Of a stretch of DNA of 64,000 bases, positions 35,001 through 43,051 are shown piece after piece (the first letter of the stretch is position 1; each line of letters begins with the position of its first letter). The translations under genes and the position numbers were made by a program. Under the pieces are notes generated by a model, which saw only the letters and a list, made by a program, of their open reading frames with translations, ran no database searches and was not told the origin of the DNA. The DNA comes from a virus. The stretch is from the IMG/VR virus record IMGVR_UViG_3300044838_000071, positions 6,800 through 70,799 of that record; one strand, given 5' to 3'.

Positions 35001-38000
35001 AGCAATTCGCCCCATTTCTTCATGTTCGTGTCGGTGCTGTGCAGCATGTTTTTGAACACGCTGTCGGAGTGGTGCTCGAGCTCGCTGAGCTTGTGCTGGA
35101 GCTCTTTGTTGCCGGGGTCCTGTTTGAGTAGCGCTTTCAGATCGCGCATCGCCAGGCCGAGGTTGTGCACCATGTTCTTGCCGTTGACGTTGCGGTCGAG
35201 ATTGAACAGGCCCCATTCGGCGCGCAGGTTGTTCAGCGATTCGGTCAGATTGCGTTCGGCGCCCTGCAGCCTCATCGCTGCGGCGACCTGGCGGGAGGTG
35301 CCGAGCGCGTGTTCGCGCATGTAGTCGGCGAAGCCTGGGAACTGGCTCTGCAGCGACGTGAGCACCTTGTGCACGGCGCCCTTCGGTAGCTGGCCCTTCT
35401 GTTCGAGTTCTGCGGCGTAGGCGACCATCGCTCGCCCTGCCGACAGGCGCGCCTCGCCCGACAGTCTGCGCAGCCCGAGCGCGGTGTCCATCGTGAAGGC
35501 GCCGACCGTCTTGTGCGAGATCGTCTCGAGCCCAGCCTTCATCTGTTCGGCGGCAGCCAGGCCCTCGCGGAGTTCCAGCTTGAAGCGGTTCTGGAAGGCA
35601 CGGTTGAACTCGCTCGCCTGCTGGGTCGGGCTCTGCGGATTCAGGAAGCCGGGTTCGCGTTCCTGCGCCTGGCGGCGCTGCACCTCGTCGAACTGCTGGC
35701 GGGCGCGGGTGACGCCACCGCCGATCTTGTGCAGTTCCGCTTCGAGATGCTTGTCGACGTAGGGCGTCAGCCCCGCCCCGAATTGCGAGGTGAAGCCTTT
35801 GGCGAAGTTCTTGCCGTAGTCGGGCGCCTTCTTGGCGAACAGCCCCATCGCTGCCTCGAGCCCCACGCCGACGGCCGCGCCCGCCGCGGCGCCCCACGGC
35901 CCGAACGCAGCGCCGGTGGCGGCGCCGGTGATCGCGCCCTGCAGCACGCCCTTCACTTCGTGGCCGACGGGTAGCGCGCTCGTCAGCACTTCCGCGCCGA
36001 GCGCACCGGCGATGCCGTACGCACCGCCCTTCAGCAGCTTCGGGCCGAGACCCTTCGCCGCAGCACTGACCCCGCCGAACAGACCGCCACCGGCCCCAGC
36101 CGCGGCACGCTCGGCGTTAGTGGTGGCGTTCGCGCGCTCCGCCGCCGAGAGATTCGTCCCGCCAGGAAGCATCATGCCGCCGCCACCCGCTAGCTCCACA
36201 GCGCCGAGGCGACCCACGGCCGGTGCCGCTACGTCTGCGGTCGCGGCGACGCGCGCCTGTGCAGCGGCCAGCTCGTTCTGGGCGGCGGCATCCGCTGTGG
36301 CCAGCCCGGACGCCTCGCCGAGCGAGCGCGCCACACCACGGATCCCGCCCCACACAGCCTGCGCGCCGAACGCCCGCAGCGAGATCAGGATGCCACCCAG
36401 CATCAGCGCGAACACCTGCGAGTGGGCGGCCATCGAGGAGATCGCGTCGACGATCGGCGTGAACGCTTGCAGCGCCAGGATCGTCAGTTTCGTCAGCCCC
36501 GGTGCCACGGCCAGGTAGACGTGGCCGAACGCGGTGATCATCGGCAGTAGGGCGTGGCCAAGCGCCTCGAGCTGTTCCTTGTGGACCTCGAAGATGGTCC
36601 TGAGCTGGGCGGAGCCGCGCGTCGACTTCTCCCATTCGCGGAGCTTTTCGAGGGCGTGCGTGAGACCTTCGACGATCGAGGAGGCGGTGCCCGAGGACTG
36701 CTTGAAGAGGTAGTAGACGTCCTGGCCGAGCACCTTCACGAGCGCCGACCACATCTGGAACATCCCGATCATTTTCCCGATGAAGGCGCCGATCTGGGCG
36801 TCTTCCAGCCCGTTCAGCCGCGTGAAGAAATGGTCGAGCGTTTTGACGAAGCCACCGGTGAAGTGCGAAGCCTGGTCGATCACGCGCAGGAACAGCTCGA
36901 AGCCCTGCGTGCCGGCGTGGATCGCGGTCGGCAGCTGCTCGCGGAAGCGTTTCTCGAGGTCGTTGAAGATGCCGACGCCCTTCGGCCCCTCGAGCCACGA
37001 GAACATCGGCCGGATGTCGCGGTTTATGATCGCGAGGTTCATCTGCGCTGCCGCAGCGACACGCGGGACGTAGTCGTGGCCGAGCCGCAGCACCTGGCTC
37101 AGGATCTCGGTCGCGTTGACACGCGCCTGGCTGGTCTGCGTGTTCCAGAACTCGTGCAGCGCGTGCTCCTGCTTGGCTAGCCCGAGCTCCGCTTTCACGC
37201 CGGCGGTGTTGCCGAGTTCGGCCATCAGCATGTTCAATTCGTGCTGCGCCATCACGGCCTGTTTGCTGCCGGCGCCGTACTTCGCGACCGCCTGCGCGAC
37301 TTTCTCGTAGGCGGTGTCGAGTTCCTTGGTCTGCGCGATCGTCGAGTGCATCACCGCCGCGTCCGCGCCACCGCCGACGGCCTGCTGGCCCGCCATGCCC
37401 AGCCCGAGGAAGCCCGCACCGATACCGGCGCCCGCGGCCGACCCGCCGAGGCCGAGCAGCGTCGTCAGGATGTGCTCGTTGCCGAGCCCCGCGAAGCCCG
37501 CGAGGCTCCCCACGGCCGCGCCGGCGCCGATCGCCGGGCCCAGCAGATAGCCGGCCCAGCCAGGCGGGCGCCCGTGGCCACCGCCGCGGTGTCCGACGAG
37601 CATTCGGCCAAGCGCCACGTCCGCGAACAGATTGCTGTCTTCCCCGCCACCACCGCCGGCAGGCGCGACCGCCGTGGGAGGTAGACCTCCGCCCCCCCTG
37701 CCTCCCATGCCGCTGAGGGCACCTGCGTCGAGCGCCCTCGCCTCGGCAGCATGCCGCTCCAGGCTGCGTATATACGCCGCGTCGGCCCGTGACTTCTCGG
37801 CGTCGGAGAGAACGACCGCGTCCTTGGCCGCTTTCGCTGCGGCAGCCTCCTCGCCGTAGGCGCGGGCCACCTCGCGCACAGCGCCGGTCTGTGTGCGCCC
37901 AGCGGCCTGCGAGACAGCCGCGCTGTGCTCCATGTCACGCGACAGCGCCGCCTGCTCGATCCGCATCTGCGCGACCGAGCCATCGACCTCTTTCGCCATG

Positions 38001-38230
38001 CGCGCCGTCGCCGTCCCGAAGCGCGCGATCGGCTCGCTCAGGCTGCGGTCGTAGTCCTGGCCGATGCGACCGAAGCTCGTGCCCATCCGGGCGGTATCCC
38101 GGTCGAGCATCTGCTGCATCGTGGCCGTCGCAAGCGCGACCCGTCGCTCGGCCGTCAGCAGCCCGCGATCGAGCGGGCCGAGATCGACGTCGAGCTCGAG
38201 GATCGCCTCGCCCAGCAGCTCAGGACTCAC
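32027..38230 (-). CDS. tape measure protein with NlpC/P60 and lytic transglycosylase domains
   Basis: 2067 aa, Ala/Gly-rich, helical; YPYVWGGGH..YDCSG; AMAESGG..GLWQI..WEAY. Confidence 0.92.
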   Translation of the reverse strand: MSPELLGEAILELDVDLGPLDRGLLTAERRVALATATMQQMLDRDTARMGTSFGRIGQDYDRSLSEPIARFGTATARMAKEVDGSVAQMRIEQAALSRDMEHSAAVSQAAGRTQTGAVREVARAYGEEAAAAKAAKDAVVLSDAEKSRADAAYIRSLERHAAEARALDAGALSGMGGRGGGGLPPTAVAPAGGGGGEDSNLFADVALGRMLVGHRGGGHGRPPGWAGYLLGPAIGAGAAVGSLAGFAGLGNEHILTTLLGLGGSAAGAGIGAGFLGLGMAGQQAVGGGADAAVMHSTIAQTKELDTAYEKVAQAVAKYGAGSKQAVMAQHELNMLMAELGNTAGVKAELGLAKQEHALHEFWNTQTSQARVNATEILSQVLRLGHDYVPRVAAAAQMNLAIINRDIRPMFSWLEGPKGVGIFNDLEKRFREQLPTAIHAGTQGFELFLRVIDQASHFTGGFVKTLDHFFTRLNGLEDAQIGAFIGKMIGMFQMWSALVKVLGQDVYYLFKQSSGTASSIVEGLTHALEKLREWEKSTRGSAQLRTIFEVHKEQLEALGHALLPMITAFGHVYLAVAPGLTKLTILALQAFTPIVDAISSMAAHSQVFALMLGGILISLRAFGAQAVWGGIRGVARSLGEASGLATADAAAQNELAAAQARVAATADVAAPAVGRLGAVELAGGGGMMLPGGTNLSAAERANATTNAERAAAGAGGGLFGGVSAAAKGLGPKLLKGGAYGIAGALGAEVLTSALPVGHEVKGVLQGAITGAATGAAFGPWGAAAGAAVGVGLEAAMGLFAKKAPDYGKNFAKGFTSQFGAGLTPYVDKHLEAELHKIGGGVTRARQQFDEVQRRQAQEREPGFLNPQSPTQQASEFNRAFQNRFKLELREGLAAAEQMKAGLETISHKTVGAFTMDTALGLRRLSGEARLSAGRAMVAYAAELEQKGQLPKGAVHKVLTSLQSQFPGFADYMREHALGTSRQVAAAMRLQGAERNLTESLNNLRAEWGLFNLDRNVNGKNMVHNLGLAMRDLKALLKQDPGNKELQHKLSELEHHSDSVFKNMLHSTDTNMKKWGELLRGGLSIAGPAAEQELAKFTAAVHDAVEAGALTMAEGAELITTATNAELKALGGAKIAQPKIQAHLAQSGHAPHGSVGASSQNRSFGPGVARYGGGMVQFGQPGDRGHDSIYLNMGGTDIAVGPGEVGAVLTRHQQAYLNERLAPEGGLHGFFDHVNTPHFMAEGGLVGKMVGKASEITGHHYPYVWGGGHGNFNGPYDCSGAVSAVLHSAGLLGRPETSGELMSFGQPGPGDVTVYANPEHTFMSIMGRFFGTHGSSGAGWYAGGARPGFAVRHAPLKPGEAAFGQISPPGVKGTGPQADALRHGMIKMAHAANAYVEKHGLPTGVPGSSEAHGAVKRPQLEALWIAAGGPRNMAHTMAAVAMAESGGNPQSVGVATSGGRARGLWQIMLPANNAYMHGSPEDPLANARAAVAIFHAQGIRAWEAYTNGSYRRFMGLGGAIRGFQRGGVVPGFAAGGPISHKEHGAPQRITHVKGTRHVPHTRTPRKPGLKPLITDLAKIPGMGEISHELAPAEDTINVLGDEFGLLGQMASNPASLLAADMPYLMPTLQPGEHFNVGELVTHAERQMQRAGAGGDNQALQLQSSLLGQIAGLDDHRLLSAPDIGVLAKDFKTNRQQMPFPVGYPVFKAQQSVLEAERRWQEVLVRLLRRQKDKAVEFIKRRIARRAAMMRLLRAAHQRYARIKKQLEEVHRHGLQRKLGRAVAAQHVREQREDAQVHHQALSEAISAEKQLPPWERNEALIQSWKAEQGRISGFLSRLHGPSDAISAAREALMRDDLKKELHPIEDEMSFLGGSPTKVATGGQIGALTSQITGLQSGATTIDGKIKEAVGSTIPQLTLSIEGIVQALQDSAEAVRPVAQPAEAEAATAAEKPGDAELLALTKQQLEKRSLELAVSQAQYKVLGQLPRFGGHFAEGGIVPGYLGEPRMVVAHGGEEILKAGGNRYSAHVHVADGMGWLKDLISVEVRRHERGQAVAASRPLPSRGGGLHA

Positions 38231-38247
38231 CTATCACCTCCCTTCTG

Positions 38248-38253
38248 TACGCT
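38248..38253 (+). promoter_or_regulatory. putative -10 (TACGCT) for tRNA pair
   Basis: TANNNT about 55 nt upstream of the first tRNA. Confidence 0.35.
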
Positions 38254-38306
38254 CGGGGCGTGCGATCACCGCGCCAGCACCGAAGTCCCTCGCGCTAACC
38301 CAACTG

Positions 38307-38393
38307 GGAGGGCGCTGCCGGGCTGGCTGGCAACCGGACTCGAAATCCGGGGCACGACACTCGCGCGTGGGGGTTCGACTCCTCCGCCCTCCG
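38307..38393 (+). tRNA. tRNA-Ser(CGA), long variable arm, 8/4 fold likely
   Basis: GGAGGGCG/CGCCCTCC acceptor; CCGGA-CTCGAAA-TCCGG; TTCGACT T-loop; G discriminator; no encoded CCA. Confidence 0.85.
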
Positions 38394-38396
38394 CTT

Positions 38397-38482
38397 GGAA
38401 GGCGTCCGGCTGGACGAGGAGCACGGCCGCTACCCGTGTGGGCGCTCAAGGCGTCTTAGAGGTTCGAGTCCTCTGCCTTCCG
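38397..38482 (+). tRNA. tRNA-Ser(GCT), atypical anticodon loop (C33, C38)
   Basis: GGAAGGC/GCCTTCC; CACGG-CCGCTAC-CCGTG; AGAGG-TTCGAGT-CCTCT; long V arm. Confidence 0.8.
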
Positions 38483-38952
38483 CCTCGTTTCACCGGGCTA
38501 CGCCGGGCTACAGGACGTTTCCGGGGCTTCGCCGGGGGTTTCTTCGCCTTCGGCTCCTCGGCGGGCTCTAGGACGACCTCGATGCCCGCACCCTGCAGCT
38601 TGGTCATGTCCGGCTTCTCACGACGGCGCCGGCGCTGCTGTCCCTCCGCCCGACGCTCGAGCTGAGCCAGCAACTCCGAACGCGCGCGGTCCTCGAGCAT
38701 CTGGCCGCCCGCCGCGAGCGCAGCCTGGATCAGGTCGAGCTGCCGTTCGGCTTCGAGCCGCGGCAGCATCACCAGGTACATCCGCAGGATCGGCGGGCGG
38801 ACCGTCAGCCAGTCGCCGTTGTCGTTCGGCGCAGGGCCGTAGAACGCATGAAGGCGCGGGATCAGCTCGCCGTAGTCGAGCCGGTCTCCCGCGCCATCTC
38901 CTGACTCCGTTCCCGCGCCACCGTCTGAGACAGCGGCGCGAGCGTAAAAGCC
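38446..38952 (-). CDS. tail assembly chaperone frameshift extension (gpT-like)
   Basis: -1 frame open from GGCTTTT (38946-38952) through LDYGELIPRLHAFYG...DWL... Confidence 0.7.
   Translation of the reverse strand, partial: GFYARAAVSDGGAGTESGDGAGDRLDYGELIPRLHAFYGPAPNDNGDWLTVRPPILRMYLVMLPRLEAERQLDLIQAALAAGGQMLEDRARSELLAQLERRAEGQQRRRRREKPDMTKLQGAGIEVVLEPAEEPKAKKPPAKPRKRPVARRSPVKRGGRQRTRTSKTP
38490..38509 (-). promoter_or_regulatory. AGCCCGG-N3-AGCCCGG motif, copy 4
   Basis: Minus strand AGCCCGG CGT AGCCCGG TGA. Confidence 0.6.
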
Positions 38953-39302
38953 AGCACGATCTGCGACCGCTGGCCGTCCTTCAGGTGTTTCTTGACCGGC
39001 GCCGGCGCGTCGAGCACCTTCTCGAGCATGTGGTCGAGCAGCGTCTTCAGCCGCTTGCGCTGGGCGCTGTTCAGGTCCTGCGTGTTCCAGAGAGCGTCGA
39101 ACTCCTTGCCTTCCATCGTCAGCTGCTGCTGTTCGGCGATCCCGAAGTCATCCATCGACCGGAGATCGAACAGCTCGCCCTCCTCGCTCTCGGGCGTGGG
39201 GAGACGGACTTTCGAGCGTTTCGGTGCGAGCGTGGTGAGGTCGAGGATCATGTCCTCGTCGACAGCCTCCACTGGTGGGGCTGGCGGGGTTTTAGTAGCC
39301 AC
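38862..39302 (-). CDS. tail assembly chaperone (gpG-like)
   Basis: Between major tail and tape measure; AAGGAGG-GTG. Confidence 0.8.
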   Translation of the reverse strand: MATKTPPAPPVEAVDEDMILDLTTLAPKRSKVRLPTPESEEGELFDLRSMDDFGIAEQQQLTMEGKEFDALWNTQDLNSAQRKRLKTLLDHMLEKVLDAPAPVKKHLKDGQRSQIVLAFTLAPLSQTVARERSQEMARETGSTTAS

Positions 39303-39339
39303 TTGGCCTCCTTGGGCTTGGTGGTTTGGTATGTGTGCT

Positions 39340-39570
39340 TCAGGCTTGGATGCGGAGCGTCGGCGCGCCGCCGGGAGGCGCAGCGTTCTCCCTTGGCGGC
39401 GTGCCGGGCTCCTCGAGGACGAAGCGAATGTCGTGCTCTTCGCAGAACTCCTGGAGCTCGCGCATCTTGGCTTTCGCCCGACGGCGATGGTGGTCTTGCT
39501 GGCGCTTGTGATCACGCGCCGAGTCGCGCATGGACCTGGCCTTGGCTATCGCTGTGGCACGGGCGTCCAT
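39340..39570 (-). CDS. small basic hypothetical protein
   Basis: ORF filling the gap. Confidence 0.5.
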   Translation of the reverse strand: MDARATAIAKARSMRDSARDHKRQQDHHRRRAKAKMRELQEFCEEHDIRFVLEEPGTPPRENAAPPGGAPTLRIQA

Positions 39571-39573
39571 GAG

Positions 39574-40158
39574 CTAGGTCAGCTGGCGGAACGTCGCCCA
39601 CTTGCCAGCTTCAAATTCGAGCACGTCCCACTGCACAGCGAGCATCGCCGGCCCGGATTTGAGGCTGTATTTGATCTGCTGGGCGCCCGCCTGGCAGGCC
39701 GTCGGGATCTCGTACTGGCCTTCCTTTTCTTCGTTCTCCGTCGAGACGCCGCGCAGCAGCAGCGCGTAGAACGCGAGCCGGACGCCTCGTTTGAGGTCGA
39801 CCGACTTCTCGGCGTTGGCGCCGGTGACGGTCGTGACGGTCGCCTTGTCCATGATCAGCGCGTACTGGGCGACGGAGAGGTCGACCAGGTCGAACGCGAC
39901 CGACATGGTTTCGTCCGTGCGCCATTTCTTTCGCGGCACGATGCCGCCGGCGGAGGTGAATCCCGCCTGCGTCTGGCCGTGCGAGACCGTCACGCCGGCG
40001 TCGGAGTAGTTCTTGTCGCCCGACGTGCCGACCTTCGTCCAGCTCGACGCGAACGCGCCTTCAGCGGTCGAGAGCGGCGGGAACGCCGTCCCGACCGGGG
40101 CCACCCACGCTGTATACGGGGCGGCGATTACCTCCGGTAGCTGTCCAACTACTGCCAT
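39574..40158 (-). CDS. major tail tube protein
   Basis: WVAPVGTAFP...W..VG.....GVTV motif; synteny. Confidence 0.85.
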   Translation of the reverse strand: MAVVGQLPEVIAAPYTAWVAPVGTAFPPLSTAEGAFASSWTKVGTSGDKNYSDAGVTVSHGQTQAGFTSAGGIVPRKKWRTDETMSVAFDLVDLSVAQYALIMDKATVTTVTGANAEKSVDLKRGVRLAFYALLLRGVSTENEEKEGQYEIPTACQAGAQQIKYSLKSGPAMLAVQWDVLEFEAGKWATFRQLT

Positions 40159-40174
40159 TTCGCATCATCTCCCA

Positions 40175-40489
40175 TCAGGTCGATTTGTTGGCCGCTGTGC
40201 CGCCCGATGGGGGGCTTTGCGATGCGCTGTCTTCTGCGGCTGCCGCCTCAGCAATAGAGGCAGCGGCGGATGTCTCGTCCTCGTCCTGCTTGCGGCGCGG
40301 ATCGACGCTCGACCCACTCTTGCGGACCTGGTCTGCGGTTCCGGGGTTCGTCAGCATCTCTTCCGCGTCAGCCTCCGACACCTCGAACGTCTCGCCCGCC
40401 TTGATGGTCTCGCCATCCTCGCCGAGCTTCAGCAGATCGTTGGGCTGCGGCGGGATGAACTGCAGCCGTACCTTGTCCTCCTTGGTCAT
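40175..40489 (-). CDS. hypothetical virion-associated protein
   Basis: AGGAGG RBS; IKAGETFEV.EA.A..L. Confidence 0.6.
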   Translation of the reverse strand: MTKEDKVRLQFIPPQPNDLLKLGEDGETIKAGETFEVSEADAEEMLTNPGTADQVRKSGSSVDPRRKQDEDETSAAASIAEAAAAEDSASQSPPSGGTAANKST

Positions 40490-40497
40490 CTGACCTC

Positions 40498-40935
40498 CTA
40501 GGGAATCGTGTGGATCGAGTGCATGACCTGCGTGGTGACGAGCGAGAAGTTCCAGTTGGTCTGCGGGTCGATCGCCGAGGCGACGCCACCGACGATGCGC
40601 GCCCAGTAGACCTTCACCTCTTCCCATTTGCCGACCCGCAGGTCCTTCAGGGCCAGCTGCACCTCGCGCCCGATGTTCTCCGCCTCCAGCCGCGTCGAGC
40701 CGTAGCAGACGACATCGAGGCGGCTGTCGATCACCGGCAGGTTGCTGCGCCCGAACATCTGGCCGCCGCCGGCGGGGCGCACGACGACCAGGCCCTCACC
40801 CATCTTGGGCTCCTCGCCCTCGGGCAGTTCGGGTCGGAAGACGCGCCCCTCCGTCGCGTCGAACACCGGCGCCTGCGCCTTTAGGTACGCGGCGATCGCA
40901 AGCGTCGGGTCGGCGGCAGCCGTAGCGGGACTCAC
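40498..40935 (-). CDS. tail terminator protein
   Basis: Synteny; L....V...RVF..ELP...VV...GG...DVVCYG...EA. Confidence 0.75.
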   Translation of the reverse strand: MSPATAAADPTLAIAAYLKAQAPVFDATEGRVFRPELPEGEEPKMGEGLVVVRPAGGGQMFGRSNLPVIDSRLDVVCYGSTRLEAENIGREVQLALKDLRVGKWEEVKVYWARIVGGVASAIDPQTNWNFSLVTTQVMHSIHTIP

Positions 40936-41393
40936 GGCAGTTGCTCCCCACGGAACGCCGCGCCGATGCGCGGCGCGAGCAGCGGATACTCGGCGTCGGT
41001 CGCAGGGCGCAAGTAGGGGCGCGGCGCCATCAGCGGGCCCACCGGTGGCGGGATCAGGTCCATGTCGCCCATCCCCTCGATCGCGCGCGCTTCGGCGGAC
41101 GGGCCGGCGATGCTCGTGCCGATCTCGAGGTACAGCGAGTAGTTCGCGTCTGAGCCCCACTGCCCGCTGATGTGCTCGCCCTCCGACGACGCGCCGTCGA
41201 GGATCTGGATCGAGTTCACCAAGAACGCGGTGCGGTTGGCGAAGCGTGTGTCCGGCAGTGACGCCGGCGGGTAGGACGGGTGATTGTCCTTCGCGTGGCT
41301 CACGCACTCCGCCATCGTCTTGTCGGTGCCGAGCTTCGCGGCCTCCGCGACCTTCGCCCGGACCGCCGCGCCGTGCCAGTGGAGCCTGGCCAT
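40932..41393 (-). CDS. HK97 gp10-like tail completion protein
   Basis: T..L.NSI...YSLYLEIGT...PRPYLRPA. Confidence 0.85.
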   Translation of the reverse strand: MARLHWHGAAVRAKVAEAAKLGTDKTMAECVSHAKDNHPSYPPASLPDTRFANRTAFLVNSIQILDGASSEGEHISGQWGSDANYSLYLEIGTSIAGPSAEARAIEGMGDMDLIPPPVGPLMAPRPYLRPATDAEYPLLAPRIGAAFRGEQLP

Positions 41394-41557
41394 CAGCTCA
41401 CCTCGCGCAGCAGATCGTCCCGGCACTCGTCGACCATCTCTTTGAGGGTCAGATCGACCTCGCTGTGCGCGTGGCTCTCGACCTCCTCAAGGAACTTGAC
41501 GAGGCGCGCGAACAGCGGCAGGTCAACGACCGTCACCTCGATGGTGTGCTCGGGCAT
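41393..41557 (-). CDS. small hypothetical protein
   Basis: AGGAGG RBS. Confidence 0.5.
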   Translation of the reverse strand: MPEHTIEVTVVDLPLFARLVKFLEEVESHAHSEVDLTLKEMVDECRDDLLREVS

Positions 41558-41568
41558 CGCTGACCTCC

Positions 41569-41943
41569 TTACGGGCGCATCAGCGCGCACTCGGTGTGGC
41601 TTCCCCACTGCTCGACTGCGACCACGCGGAACGGGCCCTCGACGACCACGTTGCCTTCGGTGTCCTGAATCGCCGTGACCCAGTCGCCGTCCCGCACGTC
41701 GACGTCGGGCCGCACGATGATGCCGCCGCCGGTGAAGTTGATCGTGCGCGTCGGCGTCGCGTACTCCTTGGAGGCCGAGCGAGCTCCGCCCTCTTTCCAC
41801 CACCAGAAGCGGCACGGGATCGGCTTCTTGCCGACGACCACCCGTTTCGCTTTCGCGATGCCGCCGAACTCGTCGCGCGCGCCCTCTTCGCGCTCGAGCA
41901 CGGCGCGCTGCGTGAGCGAGCGGCTGAGGGTGTAGGCGAGCAT
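41569..41943 (-). CDS. head closure (stopper) protein
   Basis: DEFGG...PCR...DV..GD.V...V..V...H.E pattern. Confidence 0.75.
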   Translation of the reverse strand: MLAYTLSRSLTQRAVLEREEGARDEFGGIAKAKRVVVGKKPIPCRFWWWKEGGARSASKEYATPTRTINFTGGGIIVRPDVDVRDGDWVTAIQDTEGNVVVEGPFRVVAVEQWGSHTECALMRP

Positions 41944-41946
41944 CCG

Positions 41947-42273
41947 TCAGAGCGAGCGCGTGATGATCAGGATTTCGTAGCTGTCGTTCGGCACCGACTC
42001 TTTGGTGCCGTCTTTCCAGTAGATCTTCGCTTCGGCCTGGTAGGTGCCGTCGGCGGCCGTGTTCATTTCGGCCCATTTGACGATGACTTCGCCTTTTTTG
42101 GCGTTGCCGATGTCCATTTTCAGCTGCAGCGCGGCGCCTTCGCTGCCTTCGATCCGCAGCCACAGTTCGAGTTTTTCGGCGTTGGTCAGGTCGATCGCGC
42201 CGTTGACGTCTTCGAGCGTCGCCGTGAACGGAGGGGCCGTATCTTTCGTCTTCAGCGTGTAGCGGCTAGCCAT
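41947..42273 (-). CDS. BppU N-terminal-like Ig-fold protein
   Basis: KDT.P...L....AIDLT...G.V...W....T...G.Y.AE......PN..Y. Confidence 0.75.
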   Translation of the reverse strand: MASRYTLKTKDTAPPFTATLEDVNGAIDLTNAEKLELWLRIEGSEGAALQLKMDIGNAKKGEVIVKWAEMNTAADGTYQAEAKIYWKDGTKESVPNDSYEILIITRSL

Positions 42274-42646
42274 AGTTCGTCACCACCAGCCTTGTCGTGT
42301 TGGGCTTGACGGAGAGGCGCGTCTTCTTGGAGGCGACCGTCATCAGCGTGCGATCGGGCACCACGATGTTCATGTGCGTGTCTACGCGCTCGTCGACGTT
42401 GAGCTGCGTCGGCGGGTGCACTTTGCCGCTGCCGAAGCCGGGGATGAAGACCGACAGCGAGCCCGCGCTGGACGAGCTCGACGGCGCCAGCGGCAGCCGC
42501 GTCCTCGTGCGCAGCGTCAGCGTGGCTTTGCTCGAGCTGGACGCCGGCGCGAGTTCCAGCAGCGCGGGCCCCGGTTTCGCAGCTTCACCGACGCCGAACA
42601 GTTCGTCGCCCGGATAGAAGCTGCCCGGATAGCCCTCGCCCGGCAC
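42266..42646 (-). CDS. small virion protein with Ser-rich repeats
   Basis: YPG..YPG start; LAPASSSS repeats as in 56479-58476. Confidence 0.6.
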   Translation of the reverse strand: MPGEGYPGSFYPGDELFGVGEAAKPGPALLELAPASSSSKATLTLRTRTRLPLAPSSSSSAGSLSVFIPGFGSGKVHPPTQLNVDERVDTHMNIVVPDRTLMTVASKKTRLSVKPNTTRLVVTNYG

Positions 42647-43051
42647 CTACTCGCCCTTCGGCCGGTGCACCATCACGATTCGCTCCTGCGGCATCGAGAA
42701 CAGCTCCTCGTCGCCGATCTTCAGCGTGGTGTAGCCGTATTTGGAGTGGTAGACCCGGTCGCCCTCCTTGACGTGCATCGGCATCGACACGGGGCCGCCG
42801 ACGGTCGCCACGTCGACGCCCTTGCCGACGCCGACGACGACGCCGGTGATCGCCTCCTCGATGCGGTCGTTGCCGGGCTCGTGGACGGTGAACAGCTCCT
42901 TGTCACCGGCCTGCCGGCGCACCATGCCGTCCGCTTCGCGCGCGAGCACGCCCTGCTCCTCGTCTGGGCGTACCACCACACGGTCGCCCAGCACCTCGTA
43001 GTCGAGCTCGCTCAGGTACTCCCAGCCCACGGTCTCGTCTACTGCGCTCAT
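42647..43051 (-). CDS. groES: GroES/Cpn10-like co-chaperonin
   Basis: LGDRVVVRP...GVVVGVGKG...PMHVKEGDRV..SKYG.T.LKI.DEE. Confidence 0.88.
   Translation of the reverse strand: MSAVDETVGWEYLSELDYEVLGDRVVVRPDEEQGVLAREADGMVRRQAGDKELFTVHEPGNDRIEEAITGVVVGVGKGVDVATVGGPVSMPMHVKEGDRVYHSKYGYTTLKIGDEELFSMPQERIVMVHRPKGE

Noticed and set aside
38307-38393. Selenocysteine tRNA
   Set aside because: Anticodon is CGA, not TCA, and acceptor plus T stems total 12 bp.
38307-38482. tRNAs as prophage attachment site
   Set aside because: Located mid tail operon; I saw no duplicated 3' end or integrase in the window.
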